This document shows positions 9,415 through 18,711 of a stretch of DNA of 64,000 nt, piece by piece. Position 1 is the first letter of the stretch; each line of letters starts with the position of its first letter. The notes beneath the pieces are model-generated. The model saw only the letters and a program-made list of their open reading frames with translations, ran no database searches and was not told the origin of the DNA. The position numbers and the translations under genes were made by a program. Location: positions 64,001 through 128,000 of the forward strand of contig OZ244651.1 of assembly GCA_965218695.1 (NCBI GenBank). Reading direction: 5' to 3'. Origin of the DNA: Nitrosopumilus sp. GTDB lineage: Archaea; Thermoproteota; Nitrososphaeria; Nitrososphaerales; Nitrosopumilaceae.

Positions 9415-11201
9415 CAGTTAACGCAGAAGTAAGACCTGACTAAGATACAATGATCTGGGAGTGTCTTGCGGCACGTTACAGCAAATATGAAAATAAACTC
9501 ACCCAGACAAGGCTTAGGCAGTTGTCAACATACGGGGAGTCTGCTGCTTAAAAGAATTGATGGTGAAAATCTGTCAATGTACCAGCATGGACAGACTCAC
9601 GCATCAGCATACCTTTGCGGAATTGGAATTTAAGCATTTGAACGCACATTGGCATTTCACGGTGCCTGCCGGGTGGTATCTGTAGTGACTGACATGGCAG
9701 GCCACCTGCAGCGCTCCCTGCAAAACAACCCCCGGGTTCGCCAAGATACGACGTCTGATGCGGCCCGCGTGTTTGATTCAAGCCTTCCAGTCTCCAAAAG
9801 GCCCAACGCAGCGTACGGGACGGATGATTTTCACAGAATCATGGTAATGGCAGCCGTGCTCGGGATATCGATCGGGGGGTACGCTGCGGCCGTGCGCAGG
9901 ATGGTGACTGCCGTGCGGGGACTGGGCAGATCCCACAGGCGCTCCCCGTGCAGCGAGTGGATGCGCGACATTTGCTCCCGGATTGATTCGAAAAGCCTGA
10001 TGCAGTCATTTAATGAAATGGTATCCTCACAGGTAAGCCAGCTTGAGGATCTGGGCATGCTTGGCCACAGGAGGATGAATGTTGCCATTGACATGCACCT
10101 GATACCGCGCTGGGACCACAAACACGGCGCAGAGCTCGTAAGATCAAAGGCCAAAAGGGGAACGCATCTCTTTGAGCGATACATTACGGTACAGTGCGTG
10201 ACCCGGAGGATCCAGCTGACCCTGGGGGCGTTTCCCATGCCTGCCCTGACTGATACTGCCGATTTCGTGCGCAAGGCCGTCGACTCGTGCCTGGAAAAGA
10301 AGGTCAGAATAGGCATCGCCATGCTTGATCGCGAGTTCTTTTCAACAGACGTGATCCGGACCCTTGACGGAATGGGCATAAGGTATCTCATGCCCTGCAT
10401 CAACACTCCCAATGTGACGCGCGCCATCGAAGAGTTTGCATGCGGGAGACGCCTTGCAGTATCGGGATTTCGCATAGCAAAATCCAAACATGATCATGCC
10501 GAGTACACCATGATCATAACAAAACGCAAAAGAAAGAAAAAGACGGGCAGTCCCGAAAAGCCGGAGGAGAAATACATTGCCTTTGCCACGAACATGCCGG
10601 GGATCAACGTCGATTATTATGCCCGGAGGTGGATGATAGAGACAGGCTACAGGATGGCAGAAAAGCAAAGGGCGAGAACCCGCAGCAAGAACGAGACGGT
10701 CCGGGCGCTTTGCTTCCTGTACACCCTGATCCTGTACAACACGTGGGTAATCGCAAATGCCAGGCTGACCTCGGATTTGCAGAAATCTGATCGTGTATAC
10801 CAGGCAGTCACGCAAACCGACGTGCTGGTGGTCAGGCTGATAAACAACATTCCGTGGTACCTGGTCAGGCAAAAGCCGCCGCCTGATGTGCGCCGTAGCT
10901 GCGTGACGGGACACCACAATGATCATCCGGGGGCCGTGCAGGTTTTTTAGAAACCAACAGGATTAATCCTGCCGCGTCCTCGCGTACCGTAACGGTTCTG
11001 TCTTCCGGACAGATTCTGTCGGACCGTCTGATATCTGTCCCTGAGAAGGATGTCTTTCCCATCCTGCAGATGCTGCAGTGAACGTATGTAATTTGGACAT
11101 TCAGATTGCGTACGATACCGTGCAGGAACACCAGCAGAGTCATTCAAGGTCATGATTACTGGCTGCCATGGATTCTGCAAGCCTTACTTCTGCGTTAACT
11201 G
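9415..11201 (+). mobile_element. ISH3-group (IS4-like) insertion sequence without matching TSD
   Basis: Perfect TIR CAGTTAACGCAGAAGTAAG at 9415-9433 and 11183-11201. Flanks CAATA and GATTC do not match. Confidence 0.9.
9694..10950 (+). CDS. ISH3-type transposase
   Basis: AIDMH, LDREFFS, YARRWMIETGYR (YREK-like). Confidence 0.9.
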   Translation: MAGHLQRSLQNNPRVRQDTTSDAARVFDSSLPVSKRPNAAYGTDDFHRIMVMAAVLGISIGGYAAAVRRMVTAVRGLGRSHRRSPCSEWMRDICSRIDSKSLMQSFNEMVSSQVSQLEDLGMLGHRRMNVAIDMHLIPRWDHKHGAELVRSKAKRGTHLFERYITVQCVTRRIQLTLGAFPMPALTDTADFVRKAVDSCLEKKVRIGIAMLDREFFSTDVIRTLDGMGIRYLMPCINTPNVTRAIEEFACGRRLAVSGFRIAKSKHDHAEYTMIITKRKRKKKTGSPEKPEEKYIAFATNMPGINVDYYARRWMIETGYRMAEKQRARTRSKNETVRALCFLYTLILYNTWVIANARLTSDLQKSDRVYQAVTQTDVLVVRLINNIPWYLVRQKPPPDVRRSCVTGHHNDHPGAVQVF

Positions 11202-11405
11202 GATTCCACTGCAGAATCAGTCGATGACCATAATGACTGACTAGGACATGTCTTACCTGAGAATCGTATTCCGGGCGGATTTACCTGCAATACTCTTGAT
11301 GGATATGGACGACGGACTGGAACTCTGGCACGTCCGTGTCCTGACACTCCATACACCCCGCCCCCATCAAGATATTCATAAATATTCATTTGACGAATGG
11401 ATCGC

Positions 11406-12122
11406 ATGGCGGATTCTCTTCTGCATGATGTGCAGAGACTAATGGATGTAGGATTCGGGGATGACAGAATACTGAGACAGATCTACAGGGCGTGTAAGAA
11501 TAACGAGGCCATTAGCAACTATGAAAGAAACTATGTCCGAACCCTGGTTGATGAACATCTTACCAAAAGTACCCAGACCTCCGAGCCCGAGCCCGAGCCT
11601 GAAAAAGAGGTACCGGTGCACCCTGATGTCGTGATTCCAAATCCAACTCTGCCCCAACTGGTCGTGAAGACCAAACCACAACATGGTCTCAAAGGCATCA
11701 TGTCCTGGTCGATGAAAAGAAAACTCGTGCTTGGCATTGCAGCGTTACTTCTGATAGGCATCATCACTGCTGCAGTATCATTTAACAGCACCGGTGGCTT
11801 TCCACTCCCAGGTGATCCTCCTGATGAAAAACCCCCGCCTCCAGAGATGCCGGCATTCTCTGTTGCAACCGATCTTACATCGTATGACAGGCTGGATCTT
11901 ATCGTGATTAGCGGTGCATCCGTAGACTCTGATGCCATTACACTCTCAATCGAAAGTCCTGACGGACAGACTATCTGGGCTGAAACAGTATCAGTACGGG
12001 GCAACCAGTACTCGACTCTTACCATTGCAGGAGGTCAGGGGTGGACTGATTCCGGGATATATACACTAGAGGCATTCAACGGAGTCGACAGGGTATCTGA
12101 GGAGTTTACGTTTAATCCGTAG
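11406..12122 (+). CDS. Membrane-anchored hypothetical protein (N-terminal helical domain, TM, Ig-like C-terminus)
   Basis: Long ORF with one TM helix and Pro-rich linkers; TATA-like ATAAATAT near 11378. Confidence 0.75.
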   Translation: MADSLLHDVQRLMDVGFGDDRILRQIYRACKNNEAISNYERNYVRTLVDEHLTKSTQTSEPEPEPEKEVPVHPDVVIPNPTLPQLVVKTKPQHGLKGIMSWSMKRKLVLGIAALLLIGIITAAVSFNSTGGFPLPGDPPDEKPPPPEMPAFSVATDLTSYDRLDLIVISGASVDSDAITLSIESPDGQTIWAETVSVRGNQYSTLTIAGGQGWTDSGIYTLEAFNGVDRVSEEFTFNP

Positions 12123-12288
12123 GGTCTCATGACAGGCATCCGAAAGTGCCGGCCGCCTTTCCGATAATAGCATGTCGGCAGTGTTCCAGTCGCGTGACAG
12201 AACCTCCCAGTCTGCGTGTCATGGCAAATCGCGCCATCGGGTTTAAAGTGATGCTCTCTGAGGGCCGGCACAATTGCATAATGCGGCA

Positions 12289-12519
12289 TCATCTGTAGCA
12301 AAACTCCCCGTCTGTTCCCCTGTACAGTACAAGGTATTCGTCGGGATTCTTTCTGTCCTTCTTTGCCTTCAGTGCATCTTGATACATCTCAAAGTGCTCG
12401 ATCAGGTACAGCTGGCCTCTGGAATCCGAAAGATAATCTATTCCGACCAAGGCAAACCCCGATTCCGGGGTAAGACCTTCCCTGTCTGCACCTAATTTGT
12501 CTGCAGCCAATCTACTCAA
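12289..12519 (-). CDS. Small conserved hypothetical protein downstream of tbp
   Basis: 76-aa ORF starting 6 bp after the tbp stop. Confidence 0.7.
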   Translation of the reverse strand: MSRLAADKLGADREGLTPESGFALVGIDYLSDSRGQLYLIEHFEMYQDALKAKKDRKNPDEYLVLYRGTDGEFCYR

Positions 12520-12525
12520 GTGAGA

Positions 12526-13086
12526 CTAGTCGTAGATCATCAGATCCTTTTCCTCTAAAAGCGAGTGCAGATTGTGAACGGAGCGGAATACGTCTGATTC
12601 CTTCTTGGCTCCAGTGCATACCAGCTTGCCGGATGCAAACAGCAGTATTACCGTCTTTGGGTCAAGCATCCTGTGGATGAGTCCCGGGAACTGCTCGGGT
12701 TCGTACATGCTTCTTGGCAGAGTTCTTGCAGCCTTTTCAAGGTGGATTCTTCCACACAAATTGATTGCAGCCACTATGTTCTGGACGGTCACCACTGCGT
12801 CGTTTTTTATCCTGATTCTACCCTTTCTGAGCTTCTGTACCACTGTATTTACAGCCTTGACTGCCATCTCTTCTGACTTTGCCCCCGTGCACACCATCTT
12901 ACCGGTTCGAAATATTAGTGTGGCAGTTCTTGGTTCGGCCAGCCTAAAAACCAGTCCTGGAAACTGCTCTGGATGATACTCTGTGTCGGGAAACTTTTCG
13001 GTAATCTTGATTAGATCTATCTTCTGATCCACTGATGCTGATGCAACAACATTCTCTACATTTACAATTGGCTTGGTCTGGGGCAT
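12526..13086 (-). CDS. tbp: TATA-box-binding protein
   Basis: Two repeats NVVAS/NIVAA...YxPEQFPGL...LIFxSGKxVCTGAK. Confidence 0.98.
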   Translation of the reverse strand: MPQTKPIVNVENVVASASVDQKIDLIKITEKFPDTEYHPEQFPGLVFRLAEPRTATLIFRTGKMVCTGAKSEEMAVKAVNTVVQKLRKGRIRIKNDAVVTVQNIVAAINLCGRIHLEKAARTLPRSMYEPEQFPGLIHRMLDPKTVILLFASGKLVCTGAKKESDVFRSVHNLHSLLEEKDLMIYD

Positions 13087-13298
13087 GACATCTACTTTAA
13101 ATATACCCTTTATATATACTAGCAAAATTTCCCATTCAAGCCTCCCCAGGGTCTGCAGATACGCATCATGAATTGTTTGCGACTGCAGATGGGGAGGAGG
13201 AGGATGTACATGTCATGCAGTTGCGCAACGCCGGGAGGAATGCGGTCACTCGAAAGAATCACATGGGCAACTTGCCTGCCTGCCTGCAGATGTTACAC

Positions 13299-13730
13299 CT
13301 AGTACAGCTTGGTCTTCCTTGCAGTCATGTTGATCATGGCAAGCAGTGTGATGCTGGCTATGGTCTGAGATATGATCGAGGCGATGTACGGCTCTTGTCC
13401 AATGGTGAGAAGATAATACAGCCCGGTCCATCTGATGACTGCATATGCTGTCTCGCCTATCCCGAAAGAGAAGATGATCTTCTTCAGGTCGGTTCTGAGT
13501 CTTACCGTGTCAGTCCCGCCGGACTCAAGCCGATACTCCTTCCTGTTGTCGATATAGTATAATGTACTGAATACGGTGTAATAGACGATATATCCTGCAA
13601 TCAGAGTATACGTGGAGTTCAGATAGTCCTCCTGCTCGCTTAACGCCTCTGCGATCACCGCCGAGAGCGAAATTGAGGCTATTAGGGATATGATGACGTT
13701 CTTGTTGAGCATGAGATAGCCTGTTACCAT
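13299..13730 (-). CDS. Four-helix membrane protein (GtrA-like topology)
   Basis: About four hydrophobic segments; TATA-like at 13753-13759. Confidence 0.7.
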   Translation of the reverse strand: MVTGYLMLNKNVIISLIASISLSAVIAEALSEQEDYLNSTYTLIAGYIVYYTVFSTLYYIDNRKEYRLESGGTDTVRLRTDLKKIIFSFGIGETAYAVIRWTGLYYLLTIGQEPYIASIISQTIASITLLAMINMTARKTKLY

Positions 13731-13778
13731 GTCCCGTCTGTGACGATTCCCGATTAAATTGTTATCTGTGCATTACCG

Positions 13779-13870
13779 GTACATACTCAGGTCCCCCTCA
13801 AACTCAGGCGTGAATATACGTAAAACAGTACATGTTTACGCCTAGACAATACCGGGACCTGAGTATGTAC
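13779..13870. mobile_element. 92-bp MITE, copy 2 (inverted relative to copy 1)
   Basis: TIR GTACATACTCAGGTCCC. 8-bp TSD CATTACCG at 13771-13778 and 13871-13878. Confidence 0.92.
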
Positions 13871-14111
13871 CATTACCGTATAATCCAGGGTGCGGTCAGG
13901 AGCCATTCACATAATCCGGGCATGCACCACACAGCACCTGCATGGATGGCATCGTACGCTGCACGGTACCGGTTCCCAGAAAGCAAAAATGACACTTCCC
14001 CAACAAGACTGCCGCCGATAACTCCTCCATGCATCGGACGTTTGCGGCTGTGCCCGTGCCCGTGTAGCGGTGTCCCATCCACTTACATCTGTGCTACTCG
14101 TCAATAATCTG

Positions 14112-14519
14112 TCAGACACCACTGTACTCATCAATGACTGCCTTTGGCAGTTTGGCCTCAAAGAAGCCCAGCCGTCCTGTGTACGGAACGGGAACCATGA
14201 ACGTCTTGGGGTTTCTGAGCATGAATCCAAAAGCCCTGACAGGATGATCGTCTCCTGCATGGTGAAGACTGCCGTCTGTGCTGAGGGACTCTGCCGTGTC
14301 ATACCTTTTCACATCGTACAGCTCGGCCATCCCCACAATGGCGCCTGTGACCGGTCTTTTGTCAACACCAAGTCTTGCACAGTCTGCCGTTCTTATCCTG
14401 AGGGGGGCATGTACAAGAAAATCACCCCGGAACCTGGTGTTCCACACCCGCAGTTCAATGCTCTTTCTACCTGACGTGATAAGATCTGCAAACGGCTGGC
14501 ATACCGAGAGACACTTCAA
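14112..14519 (-). CDS. ASCH domain protein
   Basis: LSVCQPFADLITSGRKSIELRVW (GxKxxExR), GAIVG, PVPYTGRLGFF. Confidence 0.92.
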   Translation of the reverse strand: MKCLSVCQPFADLITSGRKSIELRVWNTRFRGDFLVHAPLRIRTADCARLGVDKRPVTGAIVGMAELYDVKRYDTAESLSTDGSLHHAGDDHPVRAFGFMLRNPKTFMVPVPYTGRLGFFEAKLPKAVIDEYSGV

Positions 14520-14523
14520 GGCG

Positions 14524-16062
14524 CTACTCTGTAGCCATTCTTACCAACCTGCCAGGATTTACACCCATTCCATCCGGGAGGTTGGTTATTCCACCGGTAA
14601 GGCTCTCTGCGGCCATGCCCTTGTTTGTAAGTATGTTGACTGCCATGAGTGACGTGTTTCCTGCCATGCATACCAGCAGGGACTTGCCGCCTGTGCCCAG
14701 GGATCCGGCAAGGTCCTCTGGAATCTGCTGCGTCATGAGCAACCTCCCTATGGTGCTTGCCTTGGGCACTGTAATCCTTGACTTGTCCACGCCAAGCGAC
14801 CTTGCAATAAGCTCCAGCCCCTCCTCCTTTGGAGTGTACTGGGTGTGGACCCATATTATGTTGTCATATTCGGATATGCCTGATGCGGCGTCCTGCAGGG
14901 AGACCTGGGTGCGGTGACTTTTCTTTGCGGCCTCCTCCATACTCTTTTTGTACTTTTGTATGCCATCTGCCATTATTACTACAAATCTTGTACCGTTTCC
15001 CGAGTGCGCCATCCCTATTGCGGCATAAAGTGCCAATGCGCTGCTCTCGCCTATGTCGTGGCCCTTGTCTACAAGGAACTTCAAAAGGGGCCTTGCCTGC
15101 TCAAAGTCGACTTCGTGTTCTCCTGCATATATCTCCGGCCTGTACAGGCCAAGCCCGCTTGCCTTGTCCCGAGTTCTGATGCCTGCAACATCCTGGCCTG
15201 CAGGCGGAAATACCAGATGCACGGATTTTTCCCCGTACGTGTCCTGAATGTATCTGTCAATTCCTCCCGACGTGCCTCCTGTGCCAAATGCACAAAATAC
15301 CTTGTAGTCGCCCAGCGACTGGCCGTCCGTCTGCAGCTGCTGGTCTATCTCTGCTGCAGTAATTCTCCTGTGCACCTCTATGTTCATCTCATTGTCGTAC
15401 TGCTCAGGACAGAACATCCCGTATATCCTTGCAAGCACCTTTGCCAGGTTTATGATGTCCTGTGATGCAAGAAGCGCCTCTATCTCCTTGTATGCCTCAT
15501 CAAAGGTTGCAGGATCAAAGCCCATCTCTGTCAGCTGTGAGCGTATGTTGGCAGCTGCTGCGCGTGCTGCAAGCATGTTCTGACTACCCTCCATTCCAGG
15601 TGCAGGACATACGTCCATGTCAAGATCCATTATGCGAATACTTCCGTTTCGAAGCTCCTCAAAGACTCCCTCCTGCAGCCTCCTTGAGACCAGCGAGACT
15701 ACAGTCAGTCCCATTTTGGCCATCTCCCCAAGGGCTATCCCGAAGTTGCCTGAGGTTGCCTCGATTACAGTCTGCCCGCCCTTCAGCTTTCCTGTGCTGA
15801 TGGCGTCATGGATGATGTAGACTGCGGGCCTGATCTTGATGGAGCCTGTAGGCAGATTGGAGTCAAACTTGCCAAACACTCTCAGGTCGTCTGGCAGGTC
15901 TGTCTTGTAGATCTGCCTTGCACACTCCCTGAGATCCTCTGTAAGGTCAGTCAAGGGGGTCGCATTGACAATTCCTGCCTGTCCCTCTCCGGGATGTGGC
16001 ATCCTGCTCCATATCCCCTGCTCAAACCGCTCAAGCAGATCCCTGTCGACACCTTCGCCCAT
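14524..16062 (-). CDS. PLP-dependent cysteine-synthase-family enzyme fused to a rhodanese-like domain
   Basis: PTGSIKIR (PLP Lys), EATSGNFG, GTGGTSGG; C-terminal LLVCMAGNTS...SLTGG. Confidence 0.85.
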   Translation of the reverse strand: MGEGVDRDLLERFEQGIWSRMPHPGEGQAGIVNATPLTDLTEDLRECARQIYKTDLPDDLRVFGKFDSNLPTGSIKIRPAVYIIHDAISTGKLKGGQTVIEATSGNFGIALGEMAKMGLTVVSLVSRRLQEGVFEELRNGSIRIMDLDMDVCPAPGMEGSQNMLAARAAAANIRSQLTEMGFDPATFDEAYKEIEALLASQDIINLAKVLARIYGMFCPEQYDNEMNIEVHRRITAAEIDQQLQTDGQSLGDYKVFCAFGTGGTSGGIDRYIQDTYGEKSVHLVFPPAGQDVAGIRTRDKASGLGLYRPEIYAGEHEVDFEQARPLLKFLVDKGHDIGESSALALYAAIGMAHSGNGTRFVVIMADGIQKYKKSMEEAAKKSHRTQVSLQDAASGISEYDNIIWVHTQYTPKEEGLELIARSLGVDKSRITVPKASTIGRLLMTQQIPEDLAGSLGTGGKSLLVCMAGNTSLMAVNILTNKGMAAESLTGGITNLPDGMGVNPGRLVRMATE

Positions 16063-16183
16063 GCCTCCAAGGCAGTCTGGGGCTCATATAAAATATCTGC
16101 TGGCAGTGCGGTGACAGGCGGCATACTCGCCGGTATCCTGTATGGCACCATGCCGTATCTTCTCCATTGTGCTGCATGTGTGA

Positions 16184-17746
16184 TCACGTCTGCAGGATAC
16201 TCATGACCTTGCCCGGTATGTCCCTTAGCCTGCTGACTGCCACGGTCTTCTCATAGCCCAGATGCCTGAGGTTGCCTGCAATCATGGTGGCCCTTACGGT
16301 GTTGGGACCCAGGCCCAGCGCCACCATGCTGATTCCCAGACCCTTCAACGTCTTTATCATGCCCCTTACCGCGTCCGGATCAGACGGCTCCCCGTCAGTC
16401 AGGGTCAGGAGGATATCCGGACTCTTTGTCTGCATGACTGGAAATATCCTGTCGTATATCTCTGCCAGTGGGGTGGAGCCGTTTGCAACTATCTGAGCCA
16501 GCCGCCTGGCAGCAGTCCTGTTCCACTTTGCGCCTTCCGGCTTTATCGACCAGCAGACGATTGACCTGCTCTGGGTGCTGAAGGCATACACGGCAAATCC
16601 CACCTTGAGAAAGGAGAGAACTTCGCAGAGGGCCAGTGTTGCCTTTTTGTACTCGAGGGCATCTGAGGATATGCTTGAGGAGTGGTCAAGCAGGATCACT
16701 ATCCTTGTCCTGATGGACTTTCTTATGTCTGTAAGAAACGGGCTGCCCCCATCGATGTAGCCCTCCTCGTCAAACTCGTCGCCGGAGCGCACATGCTGTT
16801 CGGTCCATCCTGACTTCCACTCCCTCATCTTGGTCTTCAGGCCGCTTATGAGCCGCATGTCATACATTGCAGTCTCATCAACATCCTTCCCCGAAGGCGT
16901 CTGGATCCCCACAGGCTCGGGGGCAAGCCCCTTGTTCTGATTCCTCTGCGTCTCGTCTAACAGTACCCTGTACTCGTCATGTATGTCATCGCCCTTCATG
17001 ACTGCATGCGGGTCTGCAGATCCAAAGTCGCCCTCCCTGTTGCCTGCGACGATCTTGATGATTCTTCTCAACTCCTCCTCGGTGAGGGCCATTCCTGCCT
17101 TCATGAACGGCAGAGACACTGGAATGGTCATGAGCGAGTCAATCTCAAGTATCCTTATGATCCTGCCTACGTGGCCCTCGAGCCATTTGGTGTCGCGCTC
17201 CTCCCTGACTGCCTGATCTGTGACCCTGCATGCATGGGATGCAGCCTCCCTGATCTTCTCAAGGCGGCTTGATTGGACCTCGCCTTTTATCGTGCCAAAC
17301 ATGAACTGCTGGTAGAACGCCTCTACTATTCTTGCACCTCCGTATACTGTGTGAAGCTGCGGCCTCTCTGCCAGCGTGCATGCATAGTTGAAGATGATCT
17401 CCCCGTCCATTCCCCTCCACAGCCTTCTCCCAAGACCCTCCACCCTCCGAGTCTCCATGGTATTGAGGATGAACCCAAAGGCATGGTCATTGCTTAGAAT
17501 CTTCTGGCAGTGTTTTGCCCTCATGGCCTCGTACCAGAGCGAGGCCCTGAACTGCCTGTACCTCTGAAAATCATCACCGATTCTCTTGTCCGGTGCCGTG
17601 ATGATCACCCTGCTGTCTGCAAGACTGGTTCTAGTCCCCACCCGATCCGATATCCGTACTGTCATGTCCTGCCTTCCAGACCACCTTCGCACCAGAAACA
17701 TTGCAATGTCCATCAGGGAGTCCCTCTGGAGTCGAACCGGCTGCAT
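16184..17746 (-). CDS. VWA-domain protein (NorD/CbbO-like)
   Basis: MIDAS DHSSS, GSTPL, LTDGEP; abuts the AAA gene. Confidence 0.88.
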   Translation of the reverse strand: MQPVRLQRDSLMDIAMFLVRRWSGRQDMTVRISDRVGTRTSLADSRVIITAPDKRIGDDFQRYRQFRASLWYEAMRAKHCQKILSNDHAFGFILNTMETRRVEGLGRRLWRGMDGEIIFNYACTLAERPQLHTVYGGARIVEAFYQQFMFGTIKGEVQSSRLEKIREAASHACRVTDQAVREERDTKWLEGHVGRIIRILEIDSLMTIPVSLPFMKAGMALTEEELRRIIKIVAGNREGDFGSADPHAVMKGDDIHDEYRVLLDETQRNQNKGLAPEPVGIQTPSGKDVDETAMYDMRLISGLKTKMREWKSGWTEQHVRSGDEFDEEGYIDGGSPFLTDIRKSIRTRIVILLDHSSSISSDALEYKKATLALCEVLSFLKVGFAVYAFSTQSRSIVCWSIKPEGAKWNRTAARRLAQIVANGSTPLAEIYDRIFPVMQTKSPDILLTLTDGEPSDPDAVRGMIKTLKGLGISMVALGLGPNTVRATMIAGNLRHLGYEKTVAVSRLRDIPGKVMSILQT

Positions 17747-18535
17747 TCAACCACCAAACATGGATGCTATGATGTCGCTTACCTTCTGGTGTTCTATGCC
17801 GCCCCACTGGGCGTATACGTTTCCAAATACAAATTCTGCAACCTTTCTTGCAGGCATGCCGTCTTCAAGCAGCCGCCCAAATGCTATGGTCTCCCTCAGG
17901 CTTGGCGAGTAGAAGAGCTCCTCTACTGCCGCTGCCTCTCTGAGCGTGTTTGCAAGTCTGATGGCTTGGAGCAGTTCCTCATCGTGGCTGCCTGCTATGT
18001 GGTTCCTTGCAATCTCAAACTCCGTCTTCTCCGGGGGATACTCCAGACTGATTCTGACTGGAAACCTGCTCAGAAGCTGAGGCGGAAGCTCCTTTGTTCC
18101 AGTATGTGTCAGCGGGTTGATGGTTGCTGCCACAAACCAGTTGCTGTCTGCCCTGACGGTCTCTCCTGTGGATTCTTTTAGAACTATCTGTCTCCTGTCA
18201 TCAAGTGCCTCGTCTAACCTTAGCAGGACGTCTGCCTCTGCGGCATTAACCTCATCAAGATACAGCATGCCGCCCTCCCTCATCGATCTGGTCAGAAGCC
18301 CCTCCTCAAACGTGACGGTTCCATCATTGAGGGTCTTTGTTCCGATCAGATGACTCTCTCTGGTTCGGAGGCTGAAGTTTATCGACTCCAACTTCAGGTT
18401 CTTTCTATCTGCAAACTCCCTGACCAAAGACGTCTTTCCGGTCCCCTTTGGACCTATGATCAGCACAAAGAGCCCAGCCTCGTAGGCCTTTTCAAGAATG
18501 CCAATAGAGTTATTCCAGTCGAGATACTGTATCAA
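17747..18535 (-). CDS. MoxR/CbbQ/NorQ-type AAA+ ATPase
   Basis: GPKGTGKT, LYLDEVN, ATINP, LLSRF, SPSLRE. Start uncertain (TTG 18535 or ATG 18556). Confidence 0.92.
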   Translation of the reverse strand: MIQYLDWNNSIGILEKAYEAGLFVLIIGPKGTGKTSLVREFADRKNLKLESINFSLRTRESHLIGTKTLNDGTVTFEEGLLTRSMREGGMLYLDEVNAAEADVLLRLDEALDDRRQIVLKESTGETVRADSNWFVAATINPLTHTGTKELPPQLLSRFPVRISLEYPPEKTEFEIARNHIAGSHDEELLQAIRLANTLREAAAVEELFYSPSLRETIAFGRLLEDGMPARKVAEFVFGNVYAQWGGIEHQKVSDIIASMFGG

Positions 18536-18711
18536 ACTGAGTCTGAGTGGACTCATTCGGTATTTAATATTAATTGGACGGTATTGCACCCCTGCCCAAG
18601 ATTACCGGGACTGTCTGCTTGGGTTCGATCCGATGCATGGTAACTCACCGGAATGTCAGATGACATCCTGGCGCCTGCAGATGAAACGGGAACCGCTCTA
18701 AAGTAGCCTTC

